From Octopus sinensis (Eukaryota): a DNA stretch of 64,000 nucleotides. Position numbers and translations under genes: made by a program. The stretch is from positions 32,240,001 to 32,304,000 of the forward strand of contig NC_043002.1 of assembly GCF_006345805.1 (NCBI RefSeq), in the 5' to 3' direction. Of this stretch, positions 54,116-64,000 are shown piece by piece (positions within the stretch are counted from its first letter, which is position 1; each line of letters begins with the position of its first letter). A model generated the notes under the pieces. It had not been told where the DNA came from. It searched no databases and worked only from the letters and a program-made list of their open reading frames with translations.

Positions 54116-54559
54116 TATATATATATATTTATACATATATGCATGCATATACACACACACATATATGTATATAAAGATGCATATAGACACATACAAACCC
54201 ATATTTACTCACAAATATGCATGCAGTTCTGATTATATATTACAGTATATGTGAATACAAAATACAATGAATGTAGTTTTATTTCTGTGTGTGTAGGTTG
54301 CAAATGTATAAGTGTGCGCTGATGTGACATCTGTATATGTATGCGTGTGTAGTAAATAATTTTAGAGAGAAACGATAGAGAGTAATATCAATACATTTGC
54401 AAATACAAACACCCTCTCTCACTTTTTTCTCTCTCACACTCATCTTTTCGTCTCTTTCTATCAATGCCTCTGAGTGTGTTTGTGTGTTTGTCCTTTTGTG
54501 CGCGTTTATGTAAACGCGCGCACACACACATGTGCATATGTATGTACATCTATCCATCC

Positions 54560-54616
<57 letters not shown>

Positions 54617-54767
54617 CCTATCTGTCTGTCTATCTGTCTGCTTGTCTGTCACTCTCTTTCTCTCTCTCTCTCTCACTCTCTGTGGATACACACACACATA
54701 TAGATATATAGGGATCTCTGTCTTTCTCTCTCATTATGTATGTGTGTGTATATATACATACACACAC

Positions 54768-55095
<328 letters not shown>

Positions 55096-55142
55096 TGATT
55101 GTATATATATATATATATATATACATACATACACACACGCAT

Positions 55143-55250
<108 letters not shown>

Positions 55251-55531
55251 CGAGAGAGAGAGAGACAGTGAGAGAGAGTGAGCTGATGAGAAATTAATGA
55301 GAAAAAGAACAGAAAGAGAGAGAAATAAAATGCCAAAGTATTATTTTTGATAAAGCATGTATTTATGTGCTTGCGTATGGATGCCTATACGTGTTTTGAG
55401 TGTGCATGTGTGTATATGTGCCGCTACCTCTGTATGGGTGTGTATATGTATTTATATGTTTGTATATATATTGTGTGTGTGTTTTCTTTATTTGTGAATG
55501 TGCGTGTGTATATATACACTCAGTGACTTAC

Positions 55532-55875
55532 CTATCGTTTTCGCCGACAAGCATGGCCAGTATCGTAGCGGTGAATCCTTTGGTCAGTGAACCGATACAG
55601 AATAGAGTTTCGTTAGTAACAGGTTCGAATTTGGTCAGTTCCTTCAAGCCATAACCTCTGGCAAAAAGATTACGGCCACCTCCAACCAAAGACAGTGTCA
55701 AACCGGGTAATTTTCGACATACAATCAAGTCGTTGACGAATTTGTCGAGCAGGGTTCGCTTCTCTGGCGGGAAATCAGGATTTCTGGTGTCTTCCGCTAC
55801 CATGACGGATGTGCTGTAGCCGAAAGTGGCCAGGATGCACCATGGAACTAGGAAATGGTCGACCCCCGTTCTCAT
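55532..55875 (-). CDS. Exon 1 of a serine beta-lactamase / penicillin-binding-protein family protein, probably secreted
   Basis: ATG at 55875. Hydrophobic N-terminus, then PGLTLSLVGGGRNLFARGYG and ETLFCIGSLTKGFTA (SxxK: S96/K99, Ser codon 55590-55588). Ends at a consensus donor AG|GTAAGT in phase 2. Confidence 0.9.
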
Positions 55876-56272
55876 GCTGCATACCTCACTATTGTGTGTA
55901 TTGCTGAATCCGGCCTACACAGTCACACGGACAACAACTGATGTTGTCTGCTACCGTGTGGTCGCTTCGAGTTGTGTAGCAGTGTGGGAGGAGAAGACAC
56001 AGAGGGAGCGAGAGGAAGAGAGAGGTGTCGAACACTGGGAAAAGACAGCGAAAGAGAGGGGCTGGGGGAAGCAGGAATAGATGTGAGGAAAAGGGAAAGA
56101 AAGATGTTGATTGGAGGAGAGAGAGAGGGGGATATAGAAGGAAGCATGGATAAAAGACATTGAATGGAGGGGAGAGGAGGCGTTTTTAAAGAAAACTGAT
56201 ATATATATGTGTATATGTAGATGTATATATATATATGTATCTGTTTAATCTATATATATATATATATCTATG

Positions 56273-56331
<59 letters not shown>

Positions 56332-56474
56332 TGTACATTTATAAATGCATATATATATACACATATATACATACATGCACATAAATACACACACATACAT
56401 ACACATATATATGTATAAACTTATGCGTGTAATACACACACTCACACACAAAATAACACATACACATGTACGGT

Positions 56475-56584
56475 GAGAGAAAAAAGGAGACAGACGATGA
56501 AAATAAGTAAGGAATCTGTGAAGAATGGTGCAGAGAGGATCGGAAGAAAAGAAGAGAGAGGTAGAGGTAGAGAGAGAGAGAGAG

Positions 56585-56679
<95 letters not shown>

Positions 56680-57720
56680 GAGAAAGAGGGAGATTATGAG
56701 CTAGAAAGGCAATGAAAAGAAGAGAGAAAGGAGAACTGAAATGAAATCGGTGTGGGAGAAAGTTATTGGAATGAGGGACGAAAATGTGAGAATCAGAAGG
56801 AGTAATGGGAAAGGTAGATCGGGAGAGATAAATGCGAGGAAAACTAGGGACAGAGAGAATGAATTTGATAAGTGTGAAAAGTTGGGAAATGGAGTAAGAT
56901 ACAGAGATGAAGAGAGAAAATGAAAATGGGGAGAGAGAGACGGAGAGAGAGAGAGGGGGGAAGAAAAATACTGGGAGTTAGTAAAGTTAGGGATACGGGA
57001 GATAAAGAAGGAAAAAATGTGAACGAGTAGCGGTGAAAATTGAAGGAGAGAATGGTTAGTAATGGGTAGAATTCAGACAGAAGTTATAAGGGAGGAAGAG
57101 AGAGAAATAGAGGGAGAAAGAAAATGGGAGAGAAGGAGGTTGCGTGAGAAGGGAGAGAGTATCTGCGAGGGCGTAGGAAGTGCATGAGAGGAGGAAAATG
57201 TCTGCGAAGGGATAGAAAGAGAGAGAGAGAAAAAGAGAGAATAGATGTTTGTGGCCGTCTTTGAAATGGGGAAGTGCTGGGAATGAAAAGGAGATGAAAA
57301 TGTGTGAGAGGAGAGAAAAGGAGAGTAGGAGAGCGATAGAGAGAAGACAGTGATAGGGGATGATTCGTGGGTGGGGGACAGAAAGAGAAGAGATTTAGAA
57401 TAAAGAAAGTGATTTATCTGAAGGTTTGAGTTACAGTGTGTATGTATGTGAAAGAGAAGATAAAGTGATATAGAAAGACGAGTAAGTGAGAGATAGAGAG
57501 AATGAGAGAGAGAGAGAGAGAGAGGGGGGGAGAGAGACTGAGGAGAGACGACAGATAAATATGAAAAGTGAATGGGAGAGTCATGAGACAGTTGATGTTG
57601 AAGTAGAAGAGATAAACTTCGGACATATTTGTCATGAAAAGGAAGAAGAGATAGTAGAAATGAATATTGGGTGGAGGGACAGAGGTGGGAGAGACGGAAA
57701 CAAGGGTCAAATAGAAAGAA
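56475..57720 (+). repeat. Polypurine/polypyrimidine low-complexity tract including (GAAA)n at 56586-56677
   Basis: Strong G/A bias on the + strand over about 1.2 kb. Confidence 0.85.
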
Positions 57721-57963
57721 GGTTTATCAAATAGAATTAATGGCAGTTTCGAATTTAGGAACAAGGATAGCGATTTCGATGGTGAGCGAGTTAGTTGATA
57801 TTGTTGACTCCAGAACTGGACGAGTACTTTATTTTATCGATTGCCACACAGAGGAAAGCTAAGTTGGCCGTGATTGGATTTGAACGCAAAATGTTAAGAG
57901 CCGCATTATATCTCCAAACATTTTCTGACGTTTTGATGATTCTACTCAACCACCAGCTGGAAG

Positions 57964-57994
<31 letters not shown>

Positions 57995-58009
57995 ATTATA
58001 ATCCTACCA

Positions 58010-58530
58010 ACTGCAGGCACAGGCACCGAAATTTTAGTAGAAGGGGCTAGTCGACTACATAGGCCCAAGTGTGAAACTGGTACTTTATTTTATCGACCCG
58101 AAAAGATTGAAGACAAAGTCAACCTCAGCAGAATTTGAACTTAGAACGTAAAGGCAGACGAAATACCTATTTCTTTACTACCGACAAGGGGCTAAATACA
58201 GAGGAGACAAACAAGGACAGACAAACGGATTAAGACGATTACATCGACCCCAGTGCGTGACTGGTACTTAATTTATCGACCCCGAAAGGATGAAAGGCAA
58301 AGTCGACCTCGGCGGAATTTGAACTCAGAACATAGCGCCGAACGAAATACCTATTTCTTTACTACCCACAAGGGGCTAAACACAGAAGAGACAAACAAGG
58401 ACAGACAAACGGATTAAGTCGATTACAAGGCAAAGTTGACCTCGGCAGAATTTGAACTCAGAACGTAGCGGCGGACGAAATACCGCTAAGCCTTTCTCCC
58501 GGCGTGCTAACTGTTCTGCCAGTTCGATGC
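58010..58530 (-). mobile_element. Head-to-tail concatemer of three SINE A units
   Basis: The identical junction gaaatac|ctatttctttacta occurs at 58166/67 and 58350/51. Confidence 0.85.
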
Positions 58531-59334
58531 CCTGACGATAGTAATAACAATAACAATAATGGATTTAAATTTTGGAACAAGCTTAGGGAAGGGGCAAGTC
58601 GATTACATCGAATTTAGTAGTTGGCTGGTACATGGTAATAGGTAAAGTGGATCTCGGCTGAATTAGAACTCAAATGATAAAGAGCAGAAAAAAATAAGGG
58701 TATTTTTGGTGACGCGCACACGATTCGGCCAGCTCGCTGCTTAATATTAGTGCTATAACGAATAATAATGACCTGTTCAACTTTGGCTCAAGGCCTCCAT
58801 GCTGAGGGCAAGGAATAGTCGATTGTATTGACCCCCAATGCTCAACTGGTACTTATTTCACTGACCAAGACAGAATGAAAGGCAAATTTAACCTCGGTGG
58901 CATTTGAACTTGGAACATAAAGAGTCGAAAGAAATGCCGCTAAGCATTTTGTCCAACGTTCTAACGATTCTGACATCATCATCATCATCATCATCTTCAT
59001 TGTCATTGTCGTCTCCTTCGTTGCTGTCATCTCGTCGTCATAATCATCGTCAACATTAAGATAAAAGACCTCTATTTCTCTTTCATAGGAGAAAGTGATC
59101 CTACACCATCGGAAAAATAGGCTTTTCATAGCTAGGAAGTATTTAATAAAAGGATTGGTTTGGTTGGGAAGACTCGTGCCTAAACAACTACGACTACCGC
59201 CATCATAAAGATTATAACCACATCTATTTCACCACCAACCCCATTTACAAGTACTGCTAAAAATAGAGACGCATTGCCCTCTTATATAAGAAATCAAAAC
59301 TAGTTAATATACTTCTAAATATAATTATTTCTCA

Positions 59335-59860
59335 CCATAACGCGGTTCACCTATCGAGCCCTCAGTACACCGCCTATTTTTCTGACTAATATATGTAAAT
59401 TTATATCACGGTATCCTTAGTATATCGCGGGTTTCTGCGACAGATAGGTATTTAAATTTTTTAGCTTTTAATTATTTCTGTGGTAAAATAAGCATTTTCA
59501 CGCATAAAAATTAATAAATTGATAAATAGAAACACAGTACAGTAGTGCACTGTATAAGACATTGATTAAAATATATTAAAAGACATATGTAGTGTGCCGT
59601 AGATGAGTAAATAAAGAGTCTCACATATTGTTTGGAAATCGAAACTCGGGAGGCTAAGAAAGAGAAGATACGGGTACTTCTAAGAGTGTGGGGAGAGTCT
59701 GTAAAAGCTTAGATGCATAAAAATAATAAAATATATACAAATTATAAAAATAATATAAAAAATATACATTACAGTACTGTTTCTATTTCGCGGATTTTCA
59801 CCTATCGCAGGGGATTTTGGAACGTAAGAACCACGATAGTCGAAGGATTACTATACTGTA
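59335..59860 (+). mobile_element. Decayed pogo/Tigger-like non-autonomous element
   Basis: Repeated ttcacctatcg motifs; the end gatagtcgaaggattactatactgta resembles a Tigger-type TIR. Confidence 0.4.
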
Positions 59861-60641
59861 CAGCATGGAATGTTATTAATTATATATCTTTCCTATACGA
59901 AGATGAACGTGTAGTTAAAAAAGGGCAAGCAAAAGAAGAGATCCGAAACGAAAAACAGTTAGGCACTGGAAGTAGAGTCTCTCTGAAATCACACTATACC
60001 ACTGAAGATAAGAATAAACACAGTCAATAGTGTGATCCTAGTTGGACTGTACCGTGAAAGTACACTATGTATACGGCTGGAAACTTTGATAATAGGTCAA
60101 CAGGATCAAAACTGACCAAGGATTAAACAACACTGTTCACAATATCCAATGTATGTCATTCCCATTATTATCACTCTAACCGTAACAGCAACTATACTAA
60201 ACCTCAGAATAATTGGCAATAGTCGCCGGTATGATACTGGTTTGTATCCTATTGTAAGGTGCTTTGGCCCAGTATATTCTACCTATATGACGTGTGCGTC
60301 AACATTTTGTGAACGAATGTAACAATATTTATGCAACCAGGTGTAGTTTCAGTCGTTCGCCATTATTCAATGTTTTGCTGGGTCAATGAGAAAGCAGCAC
60401 TTCCCAGTCATGCATTGATTTAAAACAGAACACAAAGCTTTCTTATCTCTCCCTTCAAAAGAACCCAGTCAAACTAAAGAACCAGTGAAGTAATATTATT
60501 CTTTTGTTGTAAGTAATCATAAAAACAAGACATATTTCAGTTGAACGAAACTTGCCGTATATAGATTTTTTTTTCTTATCTCAGCAACATTTCCTGTCCA
60601 CATTACATGTCTGACCCGAAAGACCTTGCATTTCATGAATA

Positions 60642-60870
60642 TCTATAAAGCTGAAATGCGATAAAGTTGTTTGATTTCTTGGTTATTTGTCTCATTTTGG
60701 GATGGGAACGGTTTAAGGGGCGGTAGATGGGGTCGGATTAGCGCCAAAATTTACACTGGGAGGTAAAATGGGGTAGGGAATGGTGTGAGGAGGATTACAA
60801 GTCGCTCGGGGCCACCGTTTGGTTGCTATCACCACCAAAACCCGAGCGAAGCACGGGTCAAAATAGCTAG
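60642..60870 (+). mobile_element. Non-autonomous mini-Helitron (229 bp)
   Basis: A|TCTATAAAGCTGAA 5' end, subterminal hairpin CCCGAGC-GAA-GCACGGG at 60841-60857, CTAG|T 3' end, no TSD. Confidence 0.75.
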
Positions 60871-62549
60871 TCAATTTATAAATTACATTACTAAATTTGC
60901 AAAAAAATTTCGATCACCACATTATCTCAAAAACAGGCGTTAATCCAAAATCTGTTTTATTATGGGTGTTGCGTTTGAAAATAGTCACTTCCTCTTTTAA
61001 TTACTATTCAATTCGAAATTATTCTGTATGGACATTTTGAAATAAAAACGTGTTGTTTAACGACATTGAATTATCGTATCACTTAGGTTGATAGAGTTCT
61101 AATGTCTACGGGTACACAGGGAATAAAAAATAACGTATTCTGTAAACTATATTTACTATTAGCAAGGCCATAGTTGTATTAGTATATTTACGTGTATGTG
61201 TATAGATATTTGTCTATTGGAATAAAATGCACACATCACCCAGAAAACTGTTAAGTACTTCGGAACAAATAGTTGTCTGCAATCAGGGAAATAAATCTAT
61301 CATTACATGTGTTTATAACAGCTAATACTTTACAATCACCATCAATGCACATTATGCTATAGACATTTCTAGTTCTACAGTTAACACCAGGGTTAATCTT
61401 ACATACAATGCAGTTATCATTGGTGCATGTGGTATTCTCAATGGGGTACGTCCTACATAGTTGGGATCGTGCTTATGTGCATATACAAAAATATATATGC
61501 ACACATTTGGGAACGGGTTCACACAATTCTATAGTAAAACCACTGACACAGCATAAACAAGTAAAAAGATATAAAACTCTCATAAACAGTTTTGTTATAA
61601 ACTGTAAGTCTCATAACCTGCATTACCGTAATGCATATTATGGTAAAATTCACCTTGGCTATAAAAAACAGTTGAAAATGTAATCATGCAACATAAAATT
61701 GTAGAATACTTCTCACTAGATCCTTCCAAACTTTTCTCCAATGCACTTTCTCTCTCACTCTCTCTCTCTCCCAATCACTCTTTCCATCTCTCCCCCTTTC
61801 AAAATTTATACTTAATTATAAATTACACACACAAGTATATCTCAATACGATCGTTCAACTTGTTAAGAATTGCAACCAAATCTACAAAAGTTACACCACT
61901 GTAACCGAAATGAAATACGACATATTTGGATTATGTAGTCACGAACATGCAAAAAAAAATGGAATTGTCACAGATGGGAAGAATTTGATCATAAGTTACT
62001 CACTCAGCACTGACCAAATGTTAGTCAACACTAATGAAGCTCCCATGGACCTGGACACATATCGGATGACTGATGTTTTATAAAGAAAAACAATTACTGA
62101 AGTCGTAATATACATGATTAAAACTTACGTGGGCCATACAGCAACAACATTTCCACGTCAGTTCACTATGAAGTTACAACAATTATCGACTAGAATGCAG
62201 AAATCACCACATTCTAAAACTAACAATAGGAAAATAACTCCTCAAAAAACCATGCAGGTTATATTTATAGAATACAATAGAACAGACAGATCAAAATAGA
62301 ACACAACGCAAAAATTAGCACGCGCATACACACACATCTGTCGGAATTGGTAGCTGGGTTACAAAGTACTCGATATCGAAGAAAAATAGAATAATAATAT
62401 ATTTGTCTTTGTTTGAGGAACTGGTTACACACTGAAAAAATATCGGATCAACAGGTCAATGGGATATCTCAAATAATCATCTATCTATCTATCTATCTAT
62501 CTAGTCTCGTGTGAACAACAAATAGGATTTCAGTAAAATAAAGCGTTAA

Positions 62550-62880
62550 TCATGTTTTATGGACACGAATGTGACACTTCAGGCCTGCTGGTGCCTTGCA
62601 AATCTCTTGGCAAATGGAACAAGTTGAGGATTCGGTTTGCTTGAGTACTTGTGGATCATTTACTATGTGTTTTCTCGAGTGGAAAGCTAGGCCTGCTTTG
62701 CTTCGTGTCACAAATCCACAAAGATAGGTTAGGTATCCATAATGGGTGGTATACTGCACTATCCATCGACTACTCCACATCTTGTGATTGGCTCTGTCGT
62801 ACATCTACGGCCAATATATTTAACGTAGATGTAGCTAGTGTCCTCTTGTATGCGATATTACACTGTGTATGTAGCGACTG
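62550..62880 (-). mobile_element. RTE-clade LINE 3' end (C-terminal C2H2-like region)
   Basis: LCGFVTRSKAGLAFHSRKH...CSICQEICKAPAGLKCHIRVHKT*, preceded by broken frames (YKRTL...). Resembles the RTE C-terminal CxxC..GLxSHxRxH motif. Confidence 0.6.
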
Positions 62881-64000
62881 AGGAAAATTTCTCAGGGAAG
62901 TCATTATTGTCATTTGCCTAATCGGTCAATATTTTCACTATAAATCTTTATTTTCTCACTCAACGTATATCTTGTACGTACTCCATAGTTTATTTCTATA
63001 CCTCTGTTAGGAAGTCTGATAAGACACAAACATATCCAGATTTGTTATTGTGCTTTACCAATGATAAATTTCACTCCTCAACCCATTGGTTTTTTTTATT
63101 TATTTGATTTTAGGAATTGTCTTTCTTGACTTTCCGGACAATAATTATAAATTTCCAATCAAAGGAACATTTTCCTTAATTACGATGGTAATCTTAATGA
63201 ATTAAAAACAAATTTTTAGCACAATACTTTAAATATGCAGCTCTCTCGGCAGCTATGTATCAATAACATTTCTTTAACTAAAAGTGTTGAGTTTAAATAT
63301 TTTTGGCTACAATTTGGTGAGATTTGGGTTCTACCAAGCCGACCTCATCACGGTACATAATATGAAGACAATATATTCTACTGCACCTCTGCGGATTAAT
63401 AGGTGATATAACTATTTCAATCGATTCGGTTAACACTGAGTCTTAAATATATTAGGAAACACCACAATTAGGAAGTTAGTGAGGACTTCAAATTACGTTG
63501 TAATTACTGACGAAGTACTGGCAAATCAGGTCAATTTGGTTATTATTGTCCCTGAATCTTTGATATTAGAGTTGCTGTGTCTGCTGCCACAATTAATGTC
63601 ATTGATGTTCCTACAAATTTTGTTATTATTATCATTGACAATTTTGCTCTTACAATTATTCATACAGTGTGGTTGTGTCTATGTGTAAGATTCCTTACGA
63701 TGTTGCCTAAGCAGCTTTCACACACATGCACTACATTATGTGAAAGTCATTTAATTCGCTTGCCGAAAGATCTCTGATTTACTAATGAATCTCAAATGCT
63801 TAAGGTACCAAGTGCAATTAAGGAAGTTTTAAAAAGATGCTTAACATCAGTTAGCAAAGACACTATTTTTGTTTAAAGAATCGTTGCGTTATTAATCAAC
63901 CTTTAAACTGTACTAGATGGAAGCAGAAACTGAATAAATCGAGCAGCAGATAATTACTAAGTGATGATGTTTATTGGAAGACACACGTTGTAAAGCTGAT

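Noticed and set aside
62550-62804. Host C2H2 zinc-finger gene
   Set aside because: Upstream frames are broken, and the motif fits the C-terminus of RTE-clade LINE ORFs.

Overview
AT-rich, microsatellite-dense animal genomic DNA. The SINE families look like those of Octopus (cephalopod), judged from memory of their consensus and not from a database search. One host gene is supported: a spliced, minus-strand, probably secreted serine beta-lactamase/PBP-family protein. Exon 1 (55532-55875) carries the SxxK motif, exon 2 is at 29853-30026, intron 1 is 25.5 kb, and I did not find exon 3 in the window. A decayed partial copy of exon 2 lies at 28720-28864. The rest is mostly repeats: R4/Dong-type LINE relics separated by (TAA)n, Tx1/L1, CR1-like and RTE LINE fragments, mariner pieces, a mini-Helitron, four SINE families and three microsatellite-bounded tandem duplications. 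The most striking element is a non-coding ~360-bp tandem/inverted array at 36857-38432. It carries four type-I hammerhead ribozyme motifs with a compensatory U3-A8 core and a palindromic minimal stem III, like a retrozyme or Penelope terminal-repeat array. Two further, sequence-unrelated repeat families with hammerhead-like motifs also occur. Single-base slips in the repeats suggest long-read consensus errors, so single-nucleotide details need read support. Most ORFs in the supplied track are microsatellite artefacts.
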